A DNA stretch of 64,000 nucleotides from a bacterium. GTDB lineage: Bacteria > Patescibacteriota > Minisyncoccia > UBA6257 > 02-FULL-45-10c. Position numbers and translations under genes: made by a program. The notes under the pieces are model-generated. The model worked only from the letters and a program-made list of their open reading frames with translations, had not been told where the DNA came from and did not search any database. Below, one piece after another: positions 46,993 to 56,960 of this stretch. How positions within the stretch are numbered: the first letter of the stretch is position 1; each line of letters begins with the position of its first letter. The stretch spans positions 16,648-80,647 of the forward strand of contig JAUYKI010000010.1 in NCBI GenBank assembly GCA_030700025.1, read 5' to 3'.

Positions 46993-47126
46993 GTAAGCCG
47001 GTCTGGAACCCCGTTACGGAAACGTAGCGGGGTTTTTTCTTTTATGTTTTCATATCGTGTATAAAATTGATTATCTACTAACGTGACGGTCGTCTAGTTA
47101 GTAGATAAAGTAAAATAAGAAATAAA

Positions 47127-48212
47127 CTACTTAGCGAATGGATTCTTCGCGTTCCTAACCTCAAAGTGAAGATGACACCCGGTTGGGCCGTGAACATTTC
47201 CGGTATTGCCGATATAACCAATGGAATCTCCCTTTAATACATAATCGCCCGGCGAAACAACATTTCTTTGATTGTGGGAATATTTCGTGAAAGTGCCATT
47301 GGAGTGCTCGATTAAAATATAATTTCCGTAACCATCGTTCCAGCCGTTATTGGAAACTGATTCTAAAATTAATCCTTCGGCCGCGGCATAAATCGGCGTT
47401 CCGCAAGCATTGGCAATGTCTACGGCATTATAATTGTGAAGACGGCCCCAATTCCAGCCGGTAGTCGGAATTGCGAAATAACCGGATAAGTCGGGCAAAC
47501 TCGCCAACGATGCCAGCCGGGAACTTTGAACCGGCTTAGCGTCCGGAATAATAATATTAGAACCAACCACCAATTCCTGCCGAGCGCTAAGATTCAGCTG
47601 TAAAATTCTTTGAACATCAATGGAATAAAGATTAGCGATGGATTCCAAAGTTTCACCGGCCTGCACTTGGTGCAACACTCCGGACACCGGTAAAATCATT
47701 ATTTCCTGCCCCGGCGATAATAAGCGCGCTTTTACGCTCGGATTCGCCCAAAAAATCGTATTTAAAGAAATGCCGAAATTCGCGGCAATTTTGGATAAAT
47801 TATCTCCTGATTGGACTTTATAAATCAACAATCCATCCCTCGTCGGCAAAACATTACTCAGCGGATTGCCCGAATTCAGCAAGGCGTCGCTATCCACGAT
47901 AATAAAATTAATTCCGCCCTCGCCGCTGAATGACCCGCTATCTATCGGGAAAAAACTTTCCACGCTGGCGGTATTGCCGACAACCAGAATATTTTCCGCG
48001 CCGAAAGCCAGCGAATAAAAGCGTTCGCTGTCTATGGGTTGCCGAGAGTAGAACAAAAGGAGTAGATTAGTAACAGACGCAACCAAAACTAAAACAACCG
48101 GCATAGCGGTTGTCAGATTCTCTCTAAACCAGGATAAAATTTTACCCAATTTATTTTTCAACCCTATCATTATAACAATGAGCCGTCCGAAACTCAATCC
48201 CACACATAACAA
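47127..48212 (-). CDS. LysM-domain M23-family peptidase
   Basis: two LysM repeats (YKVQSGDNLSKIA, HQVQAGETLESIA); C-terminal M23 motifs (HNQRNVVSPGDYV, GCHLHFEV). Confidence 0.8.
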   Translation of the reverse strand: MLCVGLSFGRLIVIMIGLKNKLGKILSWFRENLTTAMPVVLVLVASVTNLLLLFYSRQPIDSERFYSLAFGAENILVVGNTASVESFFPIDSGSFSGEGGINFIIVDSDALLNSGNPLSNVLPTRDGLLIYKVQSGDNLSKIAANFGISLNTIFWANPSVKARLLSPGQEIMILPVSGVLHQVQAGETLESIANLYSIDVQRILQLNLSARQELVVGSNIIIPDAKPVQSSRLASLASLPDLSGYFAIPTTGWNWGRLHNYNAVDIANACGTPIYAAAEGLILESVSNNGWNDGYGNYILIEHSNGTFTKYSHNQRNVVSPGDYVLKGDSIGYIGNTGNVHGPTGCHLHFEVRNAKNPFAK

Positions 48213-48310
48213 AGACCGTAAGATAATTGAACTATAACCATGATATTAAAATCAAAATGTCGCATTAAATTAAAAACTGAAGAATTGCGAAAAACTTCGC
48301 AGTCTTTGTT

Positions 48311-50110
48311 ATGGGTGGGATCAATCCATTAAATAATTTATCCGAACAGCAAAAAAAAGCTGTCCAGCATCCCGCCGGGCCGATTTTGATTGCCGCCGGC
48401 GCCGGATCCGGAAAAACCCACACCCTCACCAGCCGTTTGGCGCATTTATTAAAATCCGGGGTTCGGCCGGAAAATATTATTGCCATTACTTTTACCAATA
48501 AGGCGGCCAAAGAAATGCGGAGCCGGGTTAATGGTCAGGGGTCAATAGTTAATAGTCTGTTCATCGGGACCTTCCACTCGCTCGGCGTTCAAATTTTGAA
48601 AAATGAAGCTGGGCTGGTTAATCGAAGCCGGAATTTTACTATTTTTGACGAAGACGATTCCCAAAGCCTGCTCAAAAATATTTTGAAAGAGTTAAATCTT
48701 GCCAAAGAAAAATTCAATCCCATGAAAGTTTCCAACCGGATTTCCCAGATTAAAAATGAGGTTTTAGACGATGATGAATTAAAGCCAGAGAATAGTTATG
48801 AAAAAATTATTTTATCGGTTTACGCGAAATACGAAGAAGCGCTCAAACAATATAATGCTTTTGATTTTGACGATTTAATTGAAAAGGTGGTGCGGATTTT
48901 CCGGAATCATCCGGAGATTTTAGAAAAATACCAAAACCGCTGGCAGCAAATCTTGGTGGATGAGTATCAGGACGTTAACACCAGCCAATATCTTTTGATA
49001 AGAATGCTGGCGCAAAAACACCAAAATCTTTTTGTTATCGGCGACGACGCTCAAAGCATTTATTCTTTCCGCGGTTCCGATTTCCGCAATTTCCTGAATT
49101 TTGACACCGACTGGCCAACCGCCGCCGTAATTAAACTGGAAGAAAATTACCGCTCCACTAAAAATATCATAGCTTCGGCTTCGGCCCTGATTCAAAATAA
49201 TAAGCTGCAAAAGCCGAAAGGCCTTTGGACCCAGAATCAAGAAGGATCGCTAATCCGCGTCAGCGCTTACCAGAGTCCGGAGGAAGAAGCCTGGAGCATT
49301 GCCGAAAAAATTCGGGAATTGCTCAAGGCCGGAGAAAATATCAAAGATATCGCGATTCTTTACCGCACCAATGCCCAGTCCCGCGCCCTGGAACAGGCAA
49401 TGATCCAAAACCAAATTCCTTATGAAATTTTCGGGGGGTTAAAATTCTATGCCCGGAAAGAAATCAAGGACTTAATCGCCGGTTTGCGATACGCCACTAA
49501 CCCCAAAGACAGCCTAAGCGCGGAACGGATAGTGAAGAATTTCACCAAAACCCAAAGCAAAGCGCTACTGGAAGAACTCCCTCGATTAGCCGGAGAATTA
49601 TCCATAATTGAGCTATTAAATTATATTTTGACCAACACGAATTATTTTGAATACCTGGAGACCCACTTTAAAAATCCGGATGAACGGCGGGAAAACATTA
49701 AAGAATTGATTCATTTCGCTTCCGGATTTAAAAACGCCCAGGAATTTTTGGAACAAATCGCCTTGGTATCCAGCCTGGATGGCCGGCCCAAGCTGGAAGA
49801 AAATGCCGTTAAGTTTATGTCTATTCATTTAGCCAAGGGGCTGGAATTTAATAATATTTTTATTGCCGGCGCCAACGAAGGATTGTTGCCGCACGAAAGA
49901 TCGCTGGGCAACAATGACGACTTGGAAGAAGAACGGCGTTTAATGTATGTGGCCATGACCCGCGCCAAAAAAAATCTTTTTATCGGCTTTTATGATTTGC
50001 CGTCCCGTTTTTTAGGAGAATTGCCGCCGGAACTGATTGAATTCCAAAAGACCACCAGTTACGGAACCGAGAACCGAGATTGGGACGACGAGACAATTTA
50101 TCTGGAATAA
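48311..50110 (+). CDS. pcrA: UvrD/PcrA-family DNA helicase
   Basis: AGAGSGKTHTLTSR Walker A, DEYQDVN motif II, helicase motifs through VI; short 599-aa form. Confidence 0.85.
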   Translation: MGGINPLNNLSEQQKKAVQHPAGPILIAAGAGSGKTHTLTSRLAHLLKSGVRPENIIAITFTNKAAKEMRSRVNGQGSIVNSLFIGTFHSLGVQILKNEAGLVNRSRNFTIFDEDDSQSLLKNILKELNLAKEKFNPMKVSNRISQIKNEVLDDDELKPENSYEKIILSVYAKYEEALKQYNAFDFDDLIEKVVRIFRNHPEILEKYQNRWQQILVDEYQDVNTSQYLLIRMLAQKHQNLFVIGDDAQSIYSFRGSDFRNFLNFDTDWPTAAVIKLEENYRSTKNIIASASALIQNNKLQKPKGLWTQNQEGSLIRVSAYQSPEEEAWSIAEKIRELLKAGENIKDIAILYRTNAQSRALEQAMIQNQIPYEIFGGLKFYARKEIKDLIAGLRYATNPKDSLSAERIVKNFTKTQSKALLEELPRLAGELSIIELLNYILTNTNYFEYLETHFKNPDERRENIKELIHFASGFKNAQEFLEQIALVSSLDGRPKLEENAVKFMSIHLAKGLEFNNIFIAGANEGLLPHERSLGNNDDLEEERRLMYVAMTRAKKNLFIGFYDLPSRFLGELPPELIEFQKTTSYGTENRDWDDETIYLE

Positions 50111-50121
50111 AAGATATTCTT

Positions 50122-50940
50122 ATGCGGCAAAAACTTGGGCAACACTTTTTAATCAATAAATCCGCTATTCAAAAAATAGTGGCGGCTTTAAATTTACAGC
50201 CCAACGATACGGTTATTGAAATTGGCCCGGGCAAGGGCTCGCTGACTCTTCCTCTGATAAAAATCTGCCGAGAAATAAATTGCCAATTGATTGCGGTAGA
50301 AAAAGACCCCACGCTCGCCAAGGAACTTGGCGAGAATATCCAAATTACAAATCACAAATTACAAATTATTGAGGGCGATGCGCTTAAAGTTTTGTCCGGC
50401 ATCATTCCTAATTCCTTATTCAAAATTCAAAAATATAAAGTTGTCGGCAACATTCCTTATTACATCACGGGAAAATTACTGCGGGTTTTAAGCGAATTGG
50501 AAAACAAGCCGGAATTAACTATTCTCATGATCCAAAGAGAAGTGGCGGAGAGAGTTTGCGCCCAACAGCCGAAAATGAATTTACTTGCCGCCGCTGTCCA
50601 ATTTTGGGCCAATCCCGCTATGCTTTTTACTCTACAACCTAGCGACTTTAGCCCCCCGCCCCAAGTGGAGTCGGCGGTGATAAAGCTGGCCTTACGGACC
50701 GCCGCCAATAGCTCCCAGCCCGATAACTATTACCGGCTAATTCGGGCTGTTTATAAACAACCCCGCAAAACCCTGTTCAATAACCTCCGATCCGGACTGG
50801 AGATAAGGGAAAATGAGCTTAAAACCGCCCTCAAAACCCTCAAAATTGACCCCGAAAGCCGGCCCCAAAATCTCTCCCTTGCCCAACTAGAGTTACTAAC
50901 TAATCTTCTATTTGTTTCTCTCGGAAAAAAAGAGTTATAA
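50122..50940 (+). CDS. rsmA: 16S rRNA (adenine1518/1519-N6)-dimethyltransferase
   Basis: LGQHFL start motif, VIEIGPGKGSLT SAM-binding motif, NIPYYIT motif. Confidence 0.85.
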   Translation: MRQKLGQHFLINKSAIQKIVAALNLQPNDTVIEIGPGKGSLTLPLIKICREINCQLIAVEKDPTLAKELGENIQITNHKLQIIEGDALKVLSGIIPNSLFKIQKYKVVGNIPYYITGKLLRVLSELENKPELTILMIQREVAERVCAQQPKMNLLAAAVQFWANPAMLFTLQPSDFSPPPQVESAVIKLALRTAANSSQPDNYYRLIRAVYKQPRKTLFNNLRSGLEIRENELKTALKTLKIDPESRPQNLSLAQLELLTNLLFVSLGKKEL

Positions 50941-50973
50941 TAATAACAGATACTTATAATAAAGTATCTCAAA

Positions 50974-51888
50974 ATGTTCCGTATTTTTCTCTCAACTGCA
51001 ATTATCAGCCTGGGGCTTGCCGGCGGTTTTTACTTTGTTACCAGCTATCATTTGCCAACTGCTCCCCAAAGCCAACCAACTGCTTTAACGCTTAACAACA
51101 ATCCTGTTTCCAACCAGCCATTAGTGGAACAGTTAATGCCCCCATCTTTAGAAAATTATTTGGCTGGCGGCTTGCTGGCAGAATCTTCTTGGACCGAAGG
51201 CGGCTTAGCCAGCGAAATTTCAGGGGACCTGGCCCAATTCTTAATTGAAAATAATCCGGAAGAGCCCGACGTTTCCGGCGGTAAACAATTTATCCAAGTT
51301 CCAACGGAGCAAGATGTCTTAAACAGTATCTTAGCTAAAAGTTCTGACAAATTAAATGATTTGCGGCCAATCATCAGCGATGCCGATTTAAATATTTCCG
51401 CTTCCGTTGCCAATGAAGATCTGAAAAATTACAGCAGCCGCGTAAAAAATCTTTTGGCCGGGTACCGCTCTGGATTAACTACTGCTTTCAACCAGCAACA
51501 GGCCGATATCGCCAAGCTTTACCAAGCCGATAGCGGCCAATTTTTAAATAATCTGGCCAGTCCCGAGAGCTCGATAAACAACCCCGAGGTTCAAAAACAA
51601 TATCTCGGCCTGATGTTTTTAAACTATAAATATTTTTCCAATTTAATACTACTTTTGAGCGGTTTAGAGGGTAAATTATATGCCGTTTCTGTTCCTCGGC
51701 CGGCAATAGAACTTCATAAAAATCTGCTTTCTTTAGTAATTGCCAGAAAAAATATCCTAACCGAAATCCAAACTCCGAAAACCAGGGATCCATTAACCAC
51801 GCTTTTGAACCAGCAAATGCTGCAAACTATTGATTCGGAATTTGCCCATTGGATGGAAGTTTTGCCTAATCTAAGCGCAGAATCTTAA
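50974..51888 (+). CDS. hypothetical membrane-anchored protein
   Basis: N-terminal TM/signal anchor; no motif. Confidence 0.45.
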   Translation: MFRIFLSTAIISLGLAGGFYFVTSYHLPTAPQSQPTALTLNNNPVSNQPLVEQLMPPSLENYLAGGLLAESSWTEGGLASEISGDLAQFLIENNPEEPDVSGGKQFIQVPTEQDVLNSILAKSSDKLNDLRPIISDADLNISASVANEDLKNYSSRVKNLLAGYRSGLTTAFNQQQADIAKLYQADSGQFLNNLASPESSINNPEVQKQYLGLMFLNYKYFSNLILLLSGLEGKLYAVSVPRPAIELHKNLLSLVIARKNILTEIQTPKTRDPLTTLLNQQMLQTIDSEFAHWMEVLPNLSAES

Positions 51889-51891
51889 ACT

Positions 51892-53067
51892 ATGGCGACT
51901 AAACTTAGTTCAAAAATTATTATAACGGTGTTAATCTTAGCCATTATTTTGACGCCTTTTAATCGGGGTTTGCAACTGCAAAAAACTAATGCCAGCTGGC
52001 TCTCGGAAGCCATTGATGCGTTGGATCCCACCAATGTAGAAATAAATTTTGATGCCGAAAAGTTTAAACAAGATTGTTATGCCGCTGGGGTTCCCCACGA
52101 CCAATGCGATCAGGCAGCGGCAGACCAGCAAGCGGCAGTGGACGAAGCTAACGCAGAAGACGATGGAGGGTTTTTAGATTTTCTAGATGCGCTTAGCATT
52201 GGTGAAGTAACCGTCGCCGCCTTAGGCGTATTTTATCTAGCCGTTTGTCTGCCCACCACCCAAGTCCCAGTAGCTACCGGCGTCGGAGCTGCGGGTATTG
52301 CTACCGCAGCCGGCACTGGCCTTGGCCCCGGTCCCGCGGCAGCCGTTCCTTTTATCACCAGCGTTTGCGATTCCATTAAAAAAGCGCTAAATCAAGCCTT
52401 TAAACAGCAAATTCTCCAAGCCCTAGTCAACGATATTACCGCTTGGATTAAAAGAGGATACAAAGGAAAAGTTATTGTTACCGATTGGAGGGAATTGGTA
52501 TCCAATGCCGGCCAAGCCGCGGTCGGTGAATTCGCCCAATCCATCGGCGCGGGATTTTTATGTTCACCATTTAATTTCCAAATCCAATTTTTGTTAACCG
52601 AGCATCCAGATTTTGATACTAAAGCAAGGTGCACTTTAGACGATATTGTCGGCAACATTGATAATTTTTATACCGATTTCCGGCAGGGCGGCTGGATTGC
52701 TTACCAGACATCCTGGGCTCCGCAGAATAATTTTTACGGCGCCACCTTGCTGGCTATCCGCGAAGCCAACCGAGTGCATGATGAAGCCGCCGATGCCGCC
52801 AAAAATGAAGGCATCGCCAACCAAGGATTCCTTTCTCAAAAAAATTGCGTAACTGTCGCGCTTCCCGGCGGCGGAACCAAAGAGCAATGCACCACAACCA
52901 ACCCCGGCAGTCTCATTGGCAATGCCGCCGCCGAAGTTTTGGTGAAAACCCCGATTGGAGCGGTTATTGGCGCGGATGAATTGGGCGGATACTTAAAAGT
53001 TATTATTGATACCGCCCTTAATGAACTAATTAAAAAGCAGGTTGATGACGTGAAACAAGGATTTTAG
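51892..53067 (+). CDS. hypothetical membrane-anchored Cys-containing protein
   Basis: N-terminal TM; Gly/Ala-rich linker; 4-nt spacing to the previous gene suggests an operon. Confidence 0.45.
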   Translation: MATKLSSKIIITVLILAIILTPFNRGLQLQKTNASWLSEAIDALDPTNVEINFDAEKFKQDCYAAGVPHDQCDQAAADQQAAVDEANAEDDGGFLDFLDALSIGEVTVAALGVFYLAVCLPTTQVPVATGVGAAGIATAAGTGLGPGPAAAVPFITSVCDSIKKALNQAFKQQILQALVNDITAWIKRGYKGKVIVTDWRELVSNAGQAAVGEFAQSIGAGFLCSPFNFQIQFLLTEHPDFDTKARCTLDDIVGNIDNFYTDFRQGGWIAYQTSWAPQNNFYGATLLAIREANRVHDEAADAAKNEGIANQGFLSQKNCVTVALPGGGTKEQCTTTNPGSLIGNAAAEVLVKTPIGAVIGADELGGYLKVIIDTALNELIKKQVDDVKQGF

Positions 53068-53073
53068 AAAATT

Positions 53074-54954
53074 ATGTTTAAGAATACTTATTTTAAAGTT
53101 TTACTTTTCGCGGTTCTGATTTTAATTATTTATTTCGGACAAACTCACACCGCGGAAGCGGCGTGGTGGAATCCTCTTTCTTGGATCGCTCCAGACCTTA
53201 ACACCGCCCTCGCGGGTTTACTAGGATTAGCCGGACAGGTAGCTGGAGCTTTCCTGGGCATAGCCGGAGCTTTGGCCAATTGGTCTCTTCAGTTCAACCA
53301 AAGCCTGCTCAGCAGCCCGCTGGTACAAAACGGCTGGCTGATTACCCGCGATTTAGCCAACCTGGGCTTTGTCCTCGCCATCATTGTTATTGCTTTTGCC
53401 ACTATTCTTCGGCTGGAAAGTTATGAAATGAAAAAAACTATTGGCCGTTTGATTATCGCGGCCTTACTCGTGAATTTCAGCTTGGTTATTGCCGGAGTGT
53501 TTTTGGATTTTTCCGCCATTTTAACCAACTTTTTTATTACCCGGGCGGGCGGAAATGATTTTGGCGCCGCCATTGCTTCCAGCTTTAAAGTAAATGCCCT
53601 ATTGCAAACCGAAGCCAGCGCCGCTCAAGCGGTAGCCCAAGATTTTGGAATTTTTATTATGGCTCTGGTGTTTATTACGGTTCTCACCATTGTGGCCGCA
53701 GTCGCTCTCTTGGCCCTGGCCGGAATGCTGATTACCCGGGCCTTAGCGCTGATGTTGCTTTTAATCACCGCGCCTCTTGCTTGGTTAGCCTGGGTCATTC
53801 CGGATTTTCAAAGCCACTGGAATGAGTGGTGGAATAAATTCTTTAAATGGGTTTGGTTCGCGCCAATGGCCGCTTTTTTCATTTATCTCGCGGTGGTTAT
53901 CGGACCGACGGCCGTTATTACGATGGATATTAAAAATGCCGGGGCTTTAACCTCGCTGATTAAAAATTTGGGCGCTGTTCTCGCGCAAATGATTACGGTG
54001 ATCGGAATCCTGCTGGGCGGATTAAAAGTTTCCTCGGACATGGGAAGTAAATTAGCCGGAGCCACTATTACCAAAGTTAATAGCTGGAAAGATAGAGCCG
54101 TGGCCGCTCCGGGAAAAACATTCCAAAGAGTTTTGCGCACCGGAGGTTATCAATCCGAACAGCGGGATGAGCGGGGCAATATCCTGAGGCCCGGAGGCAG
54201 CTCGCTTCAAAGAATCACTGCTAAGTTTACTGGCGTTCCGGTTGTCGGAGGAGCAGTCAGAGCAGTTAACCAATGGGCAGCGGCCGGAACCGAAGAACGA
54301 AAAACTAATTTGGATAAAGAGCTGGCCAGCATGGCTAAATCTGATCCGGTGGCATTTGCCAATGCCGGAAAATTGGGGGCCGGAAGCCGGATGAATGACC
54401 CGGTCTTTGCTTCTACATTCATGAAAGCCGCCACCGAAAATAACCGCGTTAAAGACCTTCAGCAATTAAACCCGGCCGGTTTAATCGCGGGCATGCAAAA
54501 AGTTCGCGAACAAAAAGGCGAAAAAGACCTGTATAAGAAAAATCCGCTCCTGGCTAAGCTCGGCCGGACTGATGATAACGGAAAAGTCTTGAAAGAATTT
54601 GAAGATGTTGTCAGCGCGGAAATGACCACCGCCATCAGCAAGATGGCGCCGAAAGACCTGGAAAATATTTCGCCGGAAGCTTTTGAAACTCCGGAAATTA
54701 TCTTTAATTTCACCCAGCCGCAATTTAAATTTTTATCCAACAACGCCAGCGGCGACCAATTAACCAAAATGACCGAGGCGCTGAATAAGTGGCAAGAATC
54801 CTACACCAGCGGTTCCGAAGAGTGGAAAGCTTTAGCCCGGGGAAATAAAGTAAGAGAAGACCAATTAACGCGCGGATTGGATAATTTAGATAAATTCCTG
54901 ACGGAAAATCCTTCCGCCCAAGTATTACAAGCGCAATTCCAAGCTACCGCTTAA
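53074..54954 (+). CDS. polytopic membrane protein, VirB6/TrbL-like putative T4SS channel component
   Basis: signal peptide then at least 6 TM helices, large C-terminal soluble domain; operon context with the VirB4 gene. Confidence 0.4.
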   Translation: MFKNTYFKVLLFAVLILIIYFGQTHTAEAAWWNPLSWIAPDLNTALAGLLGLAGQVAGAFLGIAGALANWSLQFNQSLLSSPLVQNGWLITRDLANLGFVLAIIVIAFATILRLESYEMKKTIGRLIIAALLVNFSLVIAGVFLDFSAILTNFFITRAGGNDFGAAIASSFKVNALLQTEASAAQAVAQDFGIFIMALVFITVLTIVAAVALLALAGMLITRALALMLLLITAPLAWLAWVIPDFQSHWNEWWNKFFKWVWFAPMAAFFIYLAVVIGPTAVITMDIKNAGALTSLIKNLGAVLAQMITVIGILLGGLKVSSDMGSKLAGATITKVNSWKDRAVAAPGKTFQRVLRTGGYQSEQRDERGNILRPGGSSLQRITAKFTGVPVVGGAVRAVNQWAAAGTEERKTNLDKELASMAKSDPVAFANAGKLGAGSRMNDPVFASTFMKAATENNRVKDLQQLNPAGLIAGMQKVREQKGEKDLYKKNPLLAKLGRTDDNGKVLKEFEDVVSAEMTTAISKMAPKDLENISPEAFETPEIIFNFTQPQFKFLSNNASGDQLTKMTEALNKWQESYTSGSEEWKALARGNKVREDQLTRGLDNLDKFLTENPSAQVLQAQFQATA

Positions 54955-54969
54955 ATAAATTAATAAACT

Positions 54970-55875
54970 ATGGCCGACATCATACAATTAAAACCATCTA
55001 TCGCCGATTCTTTTAAGGCCTTGCCCGAAAGCATTAAGGACTGGCTGGGTTCGGATTTAATCACTAATTATATTTCCGATATTAATAAGAAACTGGGAAT
55101 TAAAGGAAAAAAGCGCTCTATTATTCCCCGGCTAATAGTTCGATTAGTAACTAAGGATTTATTGCCGGCCGATTTTATCGGCGAACTGGCTAAAACATTA
55201 AATGCTCCGCCAGCCGCCGCTAAAGCAATTGCCCAGGAAATTTTTGATAAAACTCTTCAGCCGATTGAAATCGGGTTGCGCCGAGATATCGGTATAGATG
55301 TCAAAACTATTTTCTTTGGAAAGCCCAGGGAGGTTAAAGAGGGGGGATTAAACCCATTAGAAGCGATGGAATTAGATGCCGCTCCCGCGCCGTTAGCCTT
55401 TGAAGAAAAACCAGCCGAATTAAAACCAACTGTGCCCGTTAAAACAATCGTTGAAACTCCGACCTTTTCGCGGAGCGTTGAGAAAGAAACCTCCGCCAAC
55501 GGAGAAACTCCTATACTTATATATAAGGAAGGCACGGTCGGCCGGATTCCCATAGCCAAGCCGGAAATTACTCTTAAACCGAGAATGGTCCCGCCTTTGC
55601 CCTCCGAAGCCTTGCGCGAAGGAGGGTCCTTGCCTGCTAGTAGCCCTGCCTACCGGCAGGCAGGTTCACGCGAAGGCACGGCGCCATTACCCGCCCGCAA
55701 TCCATTAACACAAGCTTCTTCCCAGCCATCAACGGCCAATGAACCAAAGATCGCCCGAGTGGTTCATTACAGCGACTTCTTTACTCCGCTCAACAACTTT
55801 GGCCTGGATAAAAATCCCAAACAAACTGATTCCGCCTTCGTGGACGGCAATGTCGTTGATTTAAGATTTATTTAA
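54970..55875 (+). CDS. hypothetical protein (301 aa)
   Basis: no motif; Pro/Ala-rich middle. Confidence 0.45.
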   Translation: MADIIQLKPSIADSFKALPESIKDWLGSDLITNYISDINKKLGIKGKKRSIIPRLIVRLVTKDLLPADFIGELAKTLNAPPAAAKAIAQEIFDKTLQPIEIGLRRDIGIDVKTIFFGKPREVKEGGLNPLEAMELDAAPAPLAFEEKPAELKPTVPVKTIVETPTFSRSVEKETSANGETPILIYKEGTVGRIPIAKPEITLKPRMVPPLPSEALREGGSLPASSPAYRQAGSREGTAPLPARNPLTQASSQPSTANEPKIARVVHYSDFFTPLNNFGLDKNPKQTDSAFVDGNVVDLRFI

Positions 55876-56002
55876 AATAATAATGAGATACTAATATACC
55901 AATGCATGCGAATAATACTAATAAAATACGAATATGTAAAAATTAGTATATTATTCGTATAATTAGTACCATTCGTATATTGGCATCATTTAGTGTAAAC
56001 AT
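55876..56002. repeat. PR-family repeat R5 (rearranged, inverted-arm duplication)
   Basis: contains CCAATGCATGCGAATAATA (reverse complement of the R2 arm) and ATTCGTATATTGGCAT ending 8 nt... before the 56003 ATG (24 nt from TATATT). Confidence 0.6.
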
Positions 56003-56491
56003 ATGCAATTTCAAGTTCCACAATTTATAGAAACCGAGGATAAAATTATTGGTCCGCTGACTCTGAAGCAGTTTTTATATTTTGTAGCGGTGGGCGGAAT
56101 CAGTTTTATTTTATTTTTCTTTTTAAAAACCGTTATTTGGCTGATCCTTACTATTTTCATGGCAGTGTTCGCGGCCGCTTTGGCGTTTATAAAAATCAAC
56201 GGCCGGCCGCTTCCGAAAGTATTAATAGCGGCGTTATTTTTCTACATGAAACCGCGGTTATTCTTATGGCAAAGAGAAACTAAGCCGGCCGCGGAGGCCC
56301 CGGCAGAAGAAGGAACGGCCTTGGGGAATCTTTGGCAAAAACTGAATACCAGCACCGCGCCGATTTCCAAAAGAGAAAAAACTTTGTCTAGGCCGTCTAT
56401 GGTAACGCGCGCCAAAGGCAAGGAGGGATTTGAAACTCTGCGAAAGATTACCGGCGAAAAAGAAGAGGCCAAACGAGTAGATTTTAGATAG
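56003..56491 (+). CDS. two-TM small protein, VirB3/PrgI-like candidate
   Basis: two adjacent TM helices at the N-terminus then a charged tail; lies upstream of the VirB4-like gene. Confidence 0.35.
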   Translation: MQFQVPQFIETEDKIIGPLTLKQFLYFVAVGGISFILFFFLKTVIWLILTIFMAVFAAALAFIKINGRPLPKVLIAALFFYMKPRLFLWQRETKPAAEAPAEEGTALGNLWQKLNTSTAPISKREKTLSRPSMVTRAKGKEGFETLRKITGEKEEAKRVDFR

Positions 56492-56509
56492 CGTAATACC
56501 AATATACAA

Positions 56510-56920
56510 ATGCGTGCGAATAATACAAATACTAAATTAATTTATCCCGAGCTTTCTTATACAATCACTGGCATTTGCTTTGATACTCACAATACTATTG
56601 GCAGATATGGTCGGGAAAAACAATATTCGGATGAAATCGAAAAACGGCTTAAAGGAATAGCAATGCCTTATAAGAGAGAGTTTCCGATTGCTAATACCGG
56701 CAATATACTGGATTTTTTAATAGATAATAAAATTATTTTAGAATTGAAAACCAAAATAACCGTTGATCGCCAAGACTATTACCAAGTACAAAGGTACTTG
56801 CAAGCTTCAAATATAAAATTGGGTTTGTTGATAAATTTTCAAGCTAAATATCTTAAGCCATTAAGGATTGTCAGAATTGATACGGCGGCCAGAAGCAATT
56901 TTAATGATTTATTAGTATAA
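56510..56920 (+). CDS. AT-rich PD-(D/E)xK-like nuclease-fold protein (136 aa)
   Basis: [17 protein letters not shown] fits D...ExK; flanked by PR-family repeats R6 and R7; its ATG lies inside R6. Confidence 0.35.
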   Translation: MRANNTNTKLIYPELSYTITGICFDTHNTIGRYGREKQYSDEIEKRLKGIAMPYKREFPIANTGNILDFLIDNKIILELKTKITVDRQDYYQVQRYLQASNIKLGLLINFQAKYLKPLRIVRIDTAARSNFNDLLV

Positions 56921-56960
56921 TTAGTATTATTAGTATGAATTAGTATATTAGCATTACATT

